Shown here piece after piece: positions 1 to 8,582 of a stretch of 64,000 nt of DNA (positions are counted from its first letter, which is position 1; every line of letters starts with the position of its first letter). A program made the position numbers and the translations under genes. The stretch is from Minisyncoccota bacterium (lineage in GTDB: Bacteria > Patescibacteriota > Minisyncoccia > UBA6257 > 2-01-FULL-56-20). The notes beneath the pieces are model-generated. The model searched no databases and was not told the DNA's origin. It saw nothing but the letters and a program-made list of their open reading frames with translations. The stretch covers positions 3,962 through 67,961 of the forward strand of contig DATKNL010000002.1 in NCBI GenBank assembly GCA_035541435.1, read 5' to 3'.

Positions 1-1
1 G

Positions 2-241
2 GGCTTCCCCGGGGATGTGAACAGCACCGACCTGGCTCATTGGGCCAGCGTCAAGGCTGACGAATTCCTGAGGGATGCCAAACTCAAACCGAACCAGACC
101 GCTGTCGCCGCCGACCGGGCCATCGTGCTCGAAAACGGCGGCAAGGGCGGATTGGAACTGGTCGAGTACAAGCGCCAGCCCGACGGAACCGTCGAGTGGG
201 TCCGCGGACGAAATATTCCGCACCTGAAGCTTGCAAACTGA
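2..241 (+). CDS. 3' end of hypothetical protein (truncated by window start)
   Basis: Frame open from the window edge, GC3-rich codons, followed by a terminator hairpin. Confidence 0.6.
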   Translation, partial: GFPGDVNSTDLAHWASVKADEFLRDAKLKPNQTAVAADRAIVLENGGKGGLELVEYKRQPDGTVEWVRGRNIPHLKLAN

Positions 242-257
242 CCAACCTCCGACAGAT

Positions 258-304
258 AAAAAAATCAGGGCGAACCTCCTATGGAGATTCGCCCTTTTTC
301 TTTG
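258..304. terminator. Bidirectional intrinsic terminator
   Basis: A-tract, GGGCGAAcCTCC-tat-GGAGaTTCGCCC, T-tract; lies between convergent genes. Confidence 0.75.
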
Positions 305-305
305 C

Positions 306-1892
306 TTATGGTCCGGTCTTCGGGCCGATCGCCATCAGGGTTACCCTGCGGCTGTTTGGTCCGTTTTCCGCACCGGGGATGGGATCCTGCTTACTGAACG
401 AGACTTGCTCTTCGAGCTGCGCGGGACTCATGTCCCCCAGATACTGCTTAAGGAGATAATAGACGACCCACGCCCTTCTGAGCGCGAGGCCGGCGTTGTA
501 ATCGTAGTCGGCCTCCTCGCTCGCGAAGCCGCGGACCTGCAGATGGCATTTCGGATTCTTCTTGATCCATTGGGCCATCAGCTCGATCCGGTCCTGCCAC
601 TCGTTCACGGGCCGGGATCCTGAACCTTCGGTCCAGAAGTCCCTGGCGTTCATGCGGTAGGGCCTGCCGGGTTCCACGCTCCCCCTCGCCGGCATGTCAT
701 AGGCGAAGTTGATCGTGAATTTCGGGAGGCTTGCGCACGGATCCGGTGGTGGCGGCGGCGGTATGAATGCCTGCTGCGCCGGAGCCGGTGCCGGGGGTGG
801 CAGGGTTGGCGTGGCCGGAGGGGCGGAAACCTGAGCCGATGTCGGCGGCTGGGGAAGCTCATAGCTCCCCGGGCCGAGACACATAACTACGACTTCCGTT
901 TCCTCCTGCCGTTCGACGACGTTCTTCCCGATGACACCGCCGGTTGCGAACGCAACGGCGTCATTATCGGATGATGGTTCGGTGATTCGCGCCGCAGAGC
1001 CGCCTGCGCCGATCGAAAAACCTTTCGTCACACCCTTCACGTGCGGACGGACGCGCGCAGCGCACCGGTTGCTTCCCGTCTTTTCGGCAAGCTCGCCGAG
1101 GACGGAATAGACGACCTGCAGCGGCGTCACATTTGCCGGCGCGATCACCGCGATCTCGCCGAGCACCCTGTCGTCGCGATAGCCCGCTTGTTCGGGCCAC
1201 CACGGGACAAGATGGACGCCGTCACCTTCCGCATCGACTTTCCCGAGAATCGCCATGTGGGTCCTCTTCAAACCCTTGAGGTCATGGGCGGTCTTCAGGT
1301 CGTCGCGCGGAATGACGCTGCCGGGACGGTATGCCTCCCAGTCGCCGTGGCTCGGGGCGTATCCGGGAAACGGTCCCGGCACGCCTGTGGGGCCCGCAGA
1401 GGCCCCGATGAAGCCGCGGCTCGTGTTGTTCGTGGTGTTGATCGTGATCTTGTTGTTCCCGGAATTTGACGAGCTCTGACTGCCGCTCGTCACCCCGTTC
1501 ACGTTGGAGCTCGCGTTGCTCGAGTTGTTCCCCGAGTTGTTCACGGAGCCGTTTGCGTTCACGGTCGCATTGGCGCTGCCGCCATTGCCACCGTTGCCGC
1601 CGGTCGCGGTCGTGTTGCCCACGGTCGCATTGCCGCCGGTCGCCGATGTGTTGCCGACCGTGGCGTTGCCGCCGCTTGCATTCGCGTTGCCGCCGGTGGC
1701 GTTCGCCGTGCCGGTGGCCTGCGAGTTCGACGTCGAATTGGCATTCGATGTCGATCCGGAGTCGGCCTGCGCGTTGGCGTTCGGCTGCGTGGTGTTGGGC
1801 TGGGTCGCGTTCGACCCGCCGTCCTGCCCGGCAGCCGCCAAGGCAAGGGCGATCCCAAGGATGGCTGCGGTCACTGCGTTTCTCATGATCAT
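306..1892 (-). CDS. Secreted protein with G/N/A/T low-complexity repeats, Pro linker and C-terminal OmpA-like peptidoglycan-binding domain
   Basis: Signal peptide; GGNATVGNT repeats; LQVRGFASEEADYDYNAGLALRRA...NSRRVTL resembles OmpA_C; GAGGAG upstream. Confidence 0.7.
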   Translation of the reverse strand: MIMRNAVTAAILGIALALAAAGQDGGSNATQPNTTQPNANAQADSGSTSNANSTSNSQATGTANATGGNANASGGNATVGNTSATGGNATVGNTTATGGNGGNGGSANATVNANGSVNNSGNNSSNASSNVNGVTSGSQSSSNSGNNKITINTTNNTSRGFIGASAGPTGVPGPFPGYAPSHGDWEAYRPGSVIPRDDLKTAHDLKGLKRTHMAILGKVDAEGDGVHLVPWWPEQAGYRDDRVLGEIAVIAPANVTPLQVVYSVLGELAEKTGSNRCAARVRPHVKGVTKGFSIGAGGSAARITEPSSDNDAVAFATGGVIGKNVVERQEETEVVVMCLGPGSYELPQPPTSAQVSAPPATPTLPPPAPAPAQQAFIPPPPPPDPCASLPKFTINFAYDMPARGSVEPGRPYRMNARDFWTEGSGSRPVNEWQDRIELMAQWIKKNPKCHLQVRGFASEEADYDYNAGLALRRAWVVYYLLKQYLGDMSPAQLEEQVSFSKQDPIPGAENGPNSRRVTLMAIGPKTGP

Positions 1893-2130
1893 GTCTCCTC
1901 GCGGTTGGCGGGATCCCGCTTGCGCGGGCGCGCCTGGCTAAACGGAAGTGGCCTCGGTTTTGCTGGGCAAAACCAGGAACTTTGCTATGTCTCCTTTATC
2001 CATATTCGGTTATGAAGGAACGTTACGGCACGGGCTAGTTATTCCACATTTCGAGGAAAAAATCAAGTCCCCGCCTTGTGGACGTGCCCGAAACTATGAT
2101 ACGAATTAGGATAGAACGTTATATCGAGCA

Positions 2131-2784
2131 GTGCCTCAAGGGGGCGTTGTGGCCGCATCAGCGCAAGAGCTCAGGAAATTTCCCATCGCGATCGCGCTTG
2201 TCACGATCGGTGCCGTAACCGCGTTCAACCTCCAGGTCGTCATCCGCCATCCGCTCGCGTGGCTGGCGTGCATCTTCTATAGTCCCCTGGCCCACGGATG
2301 GCTCAGGTCGTCCAACTACGATCCGAACCTCATCCGGGCCTGGACCGTCGTCCTCGCGAACTGCGGCGCCGTCCTTTATTGGACGCTCGCCTTTCTCGAC
2401 TTCGACCGCATTCGAGGATTCGCGCGCCTTCGCTCTGCGGTCATCTCGACCGGCGGCAGGACGAGCCGCGCGAAACCGTCGTATCCCGCGATCTTCCTCG
2501 GCCTCATCGCCGAGGTGGGATACGGCCTCGCGCTCGCCCGGCTGAGCGACGCGCATGCCGGCGTCGTCCTGTTCTTCGTGGTCGCCATCACGACGATCCG
2601 CAACCTCGTCTGGCATTCCGTCATCGGGTTCGCCCTCGGCATCTCCCCGTTCGTCGGCCACCACGTAGCCCTCCTTGCGTTCGCGCTCTCGCTCGTCATG
2701 TTCGGCCTTTCGTTCCTTTCGGGACGGATCGGCGCATCGGCCTCAAAGCCCGTCCCGGTCCCCGAATTCGATCCGGCCGAATGA
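2131..2784 (+). CDS. Hypothetical multi-pass membrane protein
   Basis: About 6 hydrophobic segments; followed by a terminator. Confidence 0.6.
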   Translation: MPQGGVVAASAQELRKFPIAIALVTIGAVTAFNLQVVIRHPLAWLACIFYSPLAHGWLRSSNYDPNLIRAWTVVLANCGAVLYWTLAFLDFDRIRGFARLRSAVISTGGRTSRAKPSYPAIFLGLIAEVGYGLALARLSDAHAGVVLFFVVAITTIRNLVWHSVIGFALGISPFVGHHVALLAFALSLVMFGLSFLSGRIGASASKPVPVPEFDPAE

Positions 2785-2803
2785 CAGCCCCCGTTCCCCA
2801 TAA

Positions 2804-2829
2804 CAAAACCCCTCGTCATGAGGGGTTTT
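2804..2829. terminator. Bidirectional intrinsic terminator
   Basis: AAAACCCCTC-gtcat-GAGGGGTTTT. Confidence 0.75.
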
Positions 2830-2857
2830 CCTTATGCGGCAGGCCGCTGCCGGCGCG

Positions 2858-3253
2858 CTATTGGCCGCCCAGCAGACCGCGGACGCGGCCCGCGATCACG
2901 TCGAGGTCGGACGTCTTGTCGATGAAGTCGTCCATGCCCATGCCCTTGGTCACGTCGCTGCGGTCGGCGGTGATCGTCGGCCACGGATCCTTCATGTTGC
3001 TCAGGAACGCGATGCGGATGTCCTTCGTGTCGGGATGGTTCTTGATGCTCAGGGCCGCGTCGGTGCCGGTCTCGCCCGGCATGTGGATGTCCATCAGGAT
3101 GAGGTCGGGGTGCAGCTTGAACGCGGCGTCGACGGCCTCCTGCGCGTTGAACGCGACGACCGGCTCGAATCCGGCTTCGGCAAGCTTCGTCGAGACGATC
3201 TCGAGGATATTCTGCTCGTCATCGACGACGAGGATGAGCGGTTTGTCCCTCAT
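2858..3253 (-). CDS. Stand-alone response regulator receiver protein
   Basis: [26 protein letters not shown] receiver motifs. Confidence 0.9.
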   Translation of the reverse strand: MRDKPLILVVDDEQNILEIVSTKLAEAGFEPVVAFNAQEAVDAAFKLHPDLILMDIHMPGETGTDAALSIKNHPDTKDIRIAFLSNMKDPWPTITADRSDVTKGMGMDDFIDKTSDLDVIAGRVRGLLGGQ

Positions 3254-3261
3254 GCTGGATG

Positions 3262-3657
3262 TCAGGCGAGGAAGCTCTTGATGTGCGAGGCGAGGACGTC
3301 GAGGTCGTCGGTCTTCTTGAGATAGCCCTGCGCGCCGAAGTCCTCGGAGAACTTGATGTTGAGCTGCTGCATGTCGAGCCGCGGGTCGCCGAGGCTCGTG
3401 AGGAACGCCACCTTGACGCCCTTCACGGCCGGATCCTCGTCGGCGCGGATCGCGAGCACGGCGGCGGCGCCGTCCATCACCGGCATGTTGACGTCCATGA
3501 GGACGAGGGCCGGCTTGAGCTCCTTCACCTTCTTGACCCCTTCCTCGCCGTTCGCGGCGGTTTCGACGCGGTAGCCCTCGGAACCGAGCTTCATGCCGAA
3601 GATCTCGCGAAAGTTCGCGTCGTCGTCGACTATCAGGATGAGCGGTTGATCAGCCAT
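3262..3657 (-). CDS. Stand-alone response regulator receiver protein
   Basis: [34 protein letters not shown]; start re-called at 3657 behind TGcTATAAT. Confidence 0.9.
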   Translation of the reverse strand: MADQPLILIVDDDANFREIFGMKLGSEGYRVETAANGEEGVKKVKELKPALVLMDVNMPVMDGAAAVLAIRADEDPAVKGVKVAFLTSLGDPRLDMQQLNIKFSEDFGAQGYLKKTDDLDVLASHIKSFLA

Positions 3658-3696
3658 GGATTTTTTATTATTATAGCACAGAACCCATCCGGGACC

Positions 3697-4425
3697 ATGG
3701 CACAAGGCACCATCATCGAAATACGCGCGGGGGCCGGCGGCGACGAAGCCGCCATTTTTGCGGGCGACCTGGCGCGCATGTATCAGCGGTATTCGGCGAA
3801 GCGCGGCTGGCGCTTTTCGATCCTTGACGCCAACGAGACGTCGCTTCAGGGCTACAAGTCCCTGGTGGCCGAGGTCGCGGGCGAAGGCTCCTATGAGGCC
3901 TTCGAGCACGAGTCGGGCGTGCACCGGGTGCAGCGCATCCCGAAGACCGAACGGTCGGGCCGCGTCCACACCTCGACCGCCTCGGTCGCCGTCCTGCCGA
4001 TCGTCGAGGCCCGCGAGGTGAACATCAACCCGAACGACCTCGAGGTGACCTTCTCGCGCGCCGGCGGTCCCGGCGGACAGAACGTCAACAAGGTTGAGAC
4101 GGCCGTGCGCATCCTGCACAAGCCGACCGGCATCGTGGTCGCCTCGCGCGAGGAACGCTCGCAGCACGCGAACCGCGAAAAGGCGCTCGCCGTCCTGCGC
4201 GCCAAGCTTCACGAGATCGAGACCCAGCGCGCGACGGGCAACGTGACCGATCTGCGCCGCGAGCAGATCGGCTCGGCCGACCGCTCGGAGAAGATCCGGA
4301 CCTACAACTTTCCCGACGACCGCATCACCGACCACCGGATCGGCAAGAAGTGGCACAACATCGAGAAGATCCTCGAAGGCGATATGGACGGCATCGTGAA
4401 GGCGTTCGAGTCGGGCGGCAAATAA
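3697..4425 (+). CDS. prfA: Peptide chain release factor 1, short form lacking N-terminal domain 1 (242 aa)
   Basis: [27 protein letters not shown] (PxT), [20 protein letters not shown]; the upstream in-frame region is only the antisense of the receiver gene. Confidence 0.85.
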   Translation: MAQGTIIEIRAGAGGDEAAIFAGDLARMYQRYSAKRGWRFSILDANETSLQGYKSLVAEVAGEGSYEAFEHESGVHRVQRIPKTERSGRVHTSTASVAVLPIVEAREVNINPNDLEVTFSRAGGPGGQNVNKVETAVRILHKPTGIVVASREERSQHANREKALAVLRAKLHEIETQRATGNVTDLRREQIGSADRSEKIRTYNFPDDRITDHRIGKKWHNIEKILEGDMDGIVKAFESGGK

Positions 4426-4428
4426 CCG

Positions 4429-4920
4429 CTATTCCTTGCCGGCGATCAGCTCGGCGACTTCCTCGATCTCCTCGGGAATGCCGTCGATCATGTCGTACTG
4501 CTTCGCTTCCTGCGCCGTCACCCAGGCGACCTCGGTGAGGTCCTTGCCCGGTTTGGGGTTGCCGCTCTTGTACAGGCACCAGAACGACATCGTGACGACG
4601 GGATAGCCGTCGGGCCGCACGAACGCGAGGTCGGTAAGGTAATGGATCTTGTCGCCGATCTCGACGTTCACCTCTTCCCGCACCTCTTTGCGCACGAGCC
4701 AGTCCATGGTGTTGTACCACTGCGGATATTGCGTCTTGTACGGCAGCTTCTCATATTCGCTGCGCACGAGCTTGCCGCCGGGAACCGTCCACTTGTTCGG
4801 AAAGGCCTTCTCGGTCGCCGCGCGCTTCGCGATGAGGAACCGCACGACGCCGTCGTCGCCCTTCTTCGCGATGATCGCGGTCGCCGTGACGAAATGCAGC
4901 CGGGGGTCGAGCTCGCTCAT
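4429..4920 (-). CDS. NUDIX hydrolase
   Basis: KWTVPGGK...RKEVREEVNV Nudix box. Confidence 0.85.
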   Translation of the reverse strand: MSELDPRLHFVTATAIIAKKGDDGVVRFLIAKRAATEKAFPNKWTVPGGKLVRSEYEKLPYKTQYPQWYNTMDWLVRKEVREEVNVEIGDKIHYLTDLAFVRPDGYPVVTMSFWCLYKSGNPKPGKDLTEVAWVTAQEAKQYDMIDGIPEEIEEVAELIAGKE

Positions 4921-4928
4921 GGGATCGG

Positions 4929-5516
4929 TTATTCGTCGACGCCGAAACGCTTATAGCTGTAGATCTTGGCGTTCTTGCCGAACCAATGCTCAATCTCGTG
5001 CTTCGCCTCTTCGGGCGTCTCTGATGCGTGGATCAGGTTCATGACGGCCCGCTTTTCCTTGTTGGCAAGAAGCGGCGAATCGATCGAGAAGTCGCCTCGG
5101 ATCGTGCCGATTTCGGCCATATACGGCAGCGTCGGGCCTGCAATCTTGCGGACGACATCGACCGCATGGATTCCCTGGACGATCATGCGAACCAAGGGAG
5201 CCGCCATCATATAGTTGATAAGCCATTCACGGACGTTCCTACCGATCTCAAGGTCCTGGGTCATGCCAAGTTCATCCATGGGGTCAAGGCCATATTTTTC
5301 ATATGTCTTTAACGTCTTTTGGCCGAGGCGCGCGATCCAGGCCTCGTCCTTCGGATAGTGGTCGTCGATCTGCTGACGTGTCGGCTGGAACATCTCAAGG
5401 GCGACGATCTTCAGGTCGCGCTGTTCGAACCGCCTGATGACTTCGCCGATCAATCCTTTCTGAACGCCGTCGGGCTTCAGCATCACGTATGTCCGCTCCT
5501 CTTTCGGATGTGCCAT
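4929..5516 (-). CDS. ndk: Nucleoside diphosphate kinase
   Basis: ERTYVMLKPDGV, GTIRGDF, NLIHASE. Confidence 0.95.
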   Translation of the reverse strand: MAHPKEERTYVMLKPDGVQKGLIGEVIRRFEQRDLKIVALEMFQPTRQQIDDHYPKDEAWIARLGQKTLKTYEKYGLDPMDELGMTQDLEIGRNVREWLINYMMAAPLVRMIVQGIHAVDVVRKIAGPTLPYMAEIGTIRGDFSIDSPLLANKEKRAVMNLIHASETPEEAKHEIEHWFGKNAKIYSYKRFGVDE

Positions 5517-5520
5517 GGTT

Positions 5521-6906
5521 TTATTGTTTTTTAGTCTTTATTTCCAATCCTAGGTCATTGAGCTGCTTCTTGTCCACGTTCGAGGGCGACCCCATCATCG
5601 GATCGCGCCCGTCGCCCGTCTTCGGGAACGCGATTACCTCGCGGATGTTCGGCTCGGCGGCGAGGAGCGAGACGAACCGGTCGAGCCCCCAGGCGATGCC
5701 GCCGTGGGGCGGCGCGCCGCTCGCCAGGGCCTCGAGCATGTGGCGGAACTTCGCGTCGATCTCGTCGTCCGCGTATCCCATGATCTGGAAGACCGTCCGG
5801 AGCGCCTCGGGCCGATGGTTGCGGATGCTGCCGCCCCCGATCTCGAGCCCGTTCATCGCGACGTCATACTGCGTCGTAAGGATGTCGCCAACGTTGCGCT
5901 TGGCCATGAGGTCATCCATGAACTCCGGCTTCGGGGCCGAGAACGGGTTGTGGGTGAAGGTCCATCCGCCCTCTTCGGTCTTCTCGAAAAACGGAAAATC
6001 GAGCACCCAGCAGAACGCGAGCGTGTTCGGGTCGGTCTTGTCCTCGCGAATGTCGGGCCGGTCGGTACCGTACTTCTCCATCGCTTCGCGGTACGTGATG
6101 CGCGGGAACGGGACCTGTTGGATCTTCTTCTCGGGCGCAAGCTTCTTCACGATGGCGATGAGCAGCTCCTCGTTCAGCGCGAGGACGTCCTCCTGTTCGA
6201 CGAAGCTCATCTCCATGTCGAGCTGCGTGAATTCCGGCTGGCGGTCGCCGCGCGTGTCCTCGTCGCGGAAGCACCGCGCGATCTGGAAGTATTTCTCGAT
6301 GCCGCCCACCATGAGCAGCTGCTTGTATTGCTGGGGCGACTGCGGCAGGGCATAGAAATGGCCCTGCTCGATGCGCGACGGCACGAGATAGTCGCGCGCG
6401 CCTTCGGGCGTCGACTTCGTGAGGTTCGGCGTCTCGATCTCGAGGAATCCCCGCTCGTCGAGGAAGTCGCGGATGAACTTGATCATGCGGTGGCGGAGCG
6501 TCAGGTTGTTCTTCAAACGCTCGCGGCGCAGGTCGAGGTAGCGGTACTGCAGCCGCTTCTCCTCGTTGATGTCATAGCCGTCGGAATCGACGGGGATCGG
6601 CAGCTCGCGCGCGGCGTTCAGGATCTCGAGCCCGGTCGCTCCGACCTCGAACTGCCCGGTCTGGATCTTGTCGTTCACCATGTTCGGCGGGCGGCGCTTG
6701 ACCGTTCCCGTCACCTTCACGACGTACTCGAGCCTCAGGTCTCGCGCGGCCGCGACGTCCGGCCCGAAGACGACCTGCGCGAAACCGCTCCGGTCGCGGA
6801 GGTCGATGAACACGAGCTTGCCGTGGTCGCGGCGGGCGTGCACCCAGCCACAGAGCTGGACATTCTTGCCCTCATTCTGAATAATATCGGCAATGGGGAT
6901 CCGCAT
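5521..6906 (-). CDS. aspS: Aspartate--tRNA ligase, bacterial type without GAD domain (probably non-discriminating)
   Basis: RRDHGKLVFIDLRD, LPQSPQQYKQLLM, RCFRDED, GAPPHGGIAWGLDR; start re-called at MRIPI. Confidence 0.95.
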   Translation of the reverse strand: MRIPIADIIQNEGKNVQLCGWVHARRDHGKLVFIDLRDRSGFAQVVFGPDVAAARDLRLEYVVKVTGTVKRRPPNMVNDKIQTGQFEVGATGLEILNAARELPIPVDSDGYDINEEKRLQYRYLDLRRERLKNNLTLRHRMIKFIRDFLDERGFLEIETPNLTKSTPEGARDYLVPSRIEQGHFYALPQSPQQYKQLLMVGGIEKYFQIARCFRDEDTRGDRQPEFTQLDMEMSFVEQEDVLALNEELLIAIVKKLAPEKKIQQVPFPRITYREAMEKYGTDRPDIREDKTDPNTLAFCWVLDFPFFEKTEEGGWTFTHNPFSAPKPEFMDDLMAKRNVGDILTTQYDVAMNGLEIGGGSIRNHRPEALRTVFQIMGYADDEIDAKFRHMLEALASGAPPHGGIAWGLDRFVSLLAAEPNIREVIAFPKTGDGRDPMMGSPSNVDKKQLNDLGLEIKTKKQ

Positions 6907-6936
6907 ATTCCGTATATTTGTTATGGTAATATTACT

Positions 6937-7398
6937 ATGATGCTGAGTTTTGAACAACTGCTTGGACGGTTCGTCGTGGCCCTCGTCGTAGGAGCCATTT
7001 TGGGCATCGAGCGCGAGCTCGTCGGCAAGGAGGCCGGCGTACGGACCGAGATGCTTGTCGCGGGCGGCGCCTCGATCTTCACCATGATCGGACTCATCCT
7101 TCCCTACGTGGCGGCTGCGAACGCGCATCTCGCGCCCGATGCGGCGACGATCACGAGCGGCTTCGGCATCGTCGCGAACATCGTGGTCGGCATCGGATTC
7201 CTCGGCGCGGGACTCATTTTGCACAACGGCGACCACATCAGGAACCTCACGACGGCGGCGATCGTCTGGATGACCGCCGCGATCGGCATCCTGGCCGGCC
7301 TCGGCCTTTTTGAATTCGCGTTCGCGACGGCGGTCATCGTGGCGGTCGTCCTCTATGCGCTGCGGGCCCTCAGGTTCAGCGAGGCATCCCTCAAATGA
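6937..7398 (+). CDS. mgtC: MgtC/SapB family membrane protein
   Basis: GAILGIERE...AGVRT, IVVGIGFLGAG, LTTAAIVW. Confidence 0.9.
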   Translation: MMLSFEQLLGRFVVALVVGAILGIERELVGKEAGVRTEMLVAGGASIFTMIGLILPYVAAANAHLAPDAATITSGFGIVANIVVGIGFLGAGLILHNGDHIRNLTTAAIVWMTAAIGILAGLGLFEFAFATAVIVAVVLYALRALRFSEASLK

Positions 7399-8519
7399 CG
7401 AAACTCTATTACCATTGGATCAACCGCCCAACCGCGGGCGAGTTCAGGACCGGCGTTTCGCTTCACGGCCACACGTCGCGTTCCAACGAGAACCTGGCGT
7501 TCCTGCCGGGCGTGATCGAGGGAACGATGTTCCTGCCGAGCGTGATGCGCTGGGCCGAGAAGCACCACCGCCGCAAGTGGCACGAGGAGTTCGACTACAG
7601 CCGCGGCTATTGGAACTCCCCCGTCCTTCCCGAGCAGGCCTATGACCTCGAGGCCAAGCAGATCGCCGACGAGGGCCTTGAACCGCTCGTCTCGCTCACC
7701 GACCATGACGCGGTCGCCGCGTGCGCGGAGCTGCGCGCCAAGGACCGCCCCGTTCCCACGTCGCTCGAGTGGACGGCGCCCTATAAGACGGCGGTCTTCC
7801 ATATCGGGCTGCACAACATCCCTCAGGAGCACGCCGATGGGCTCCTGAAGGCGCTCCGCGACTATACGGCGAAGCCCGATCCTGCGACGCTCCGCGACAT
7901 CCTGAAGCACACGCACGGCATGCCTGACGCGCTCATCGTCCTCAACCATCCGCTCTCGGACCAGGGACGTATCGGCTTCGAGATCCATGTCTCGATGGTG
8001 GACGACTTCCTGTCGAACTTCGGCGACTTCATCCACGCGCTCGAGCTGAACGCCCTGCAGCCGTGGGATATGAACCGCCGCGTCGCCGCGATCGGCACCC
8101 GCGTGCGCCTGCCGCTCATTTCGGGCGGCGACCGCCACGGCTTCGAGCCGAACGGCGCCATCAACCTTACGAACGCGACGACGTTCGCCGACTTCGCCCA
8201 CGAGATCCGCGACAAGAAGAGCGCGCTCCTCTTCATGCCGCAGACCAAGGAATCGCTCCGCTACCGCTACGCCGAGAACGTGCGCATGATCATGGACTAT
8301 TATCCGAACCTCGGCCCCCAGGCCGCCTGGTTCAGCCGCATCTTCTATCAGTGCCCCGACGGCGTCGTGCGGACCTTCGGCGAGCTCGTCGGCAGGCGCT
8401 ACCGGGCGCTCGATATCACGACGCTCGCGCTCGGCTTTTTCAGTTCGGCCGTGGACCAGATCGTGCGGCCCGTCGCGCCGATCTTCTCAGGTTCGGACAA
8501 GCAGAAGGTCATCGGCTAG
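7395..8519 (+). CDS. PHP-domain metallo-phosphoesterase-like protein
   Basis: SLHGHT, SLTDHD, VLNHP, GGDRHG metal-binding motifs; ATGA overlap with mgtC. Confidence 0.8.
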   Translation: MTKLYYHWINRPTAGEFRTGVSLHGHTSRSNENLAFLPGVIEGTMFLPSVMRWAEKHHRRKWHEEFDYSRGYWNSPVLPEQAYDLEAKQIADEGLEPLVSLTDHDAVAACAELRAKDRPVPTSLEWTAPYKTAVFHIGLHNIPQEHADGLLKALRDYTAKPDPATLRDILKHTHGMPDALIVLNHPLSDQGRIGFEIHVSMVDDFLSNFGDFIHALELNALQPWDMNRRVAAIGTRVRLPLISGGDRHGFEPNGAINLTNATTFADFAHEIRDKKSALLFMPQTKESLRYRYAENVRMIMDYYPNLGPQAAWFSRIFYQCPDGVVRTFGELVGRRYRALDITTLALGFFSSAVDQIVRPVAPIFSGSDKQKVIG

Positions 8520-8582
8520 CGGGCGGGCTGGTTGAAAGACTGCGGGCCGGCCGAAAAACGAATCGCGCGTAAAGCGCGTTTT

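Noticed and set aside
3259-3696. N-terminal extension that would make prfA 388 aa
   Set aside because: It is the reverse complement of the receiver gene and shows no resemblance to the helical RF1 domain 1.
6901-6930. ATATTCCGTATATTTGTT before aspS as another TTCGTA arm
   Set aside because: Too degenerate and overlaps an AT-rich divergent promoter region.
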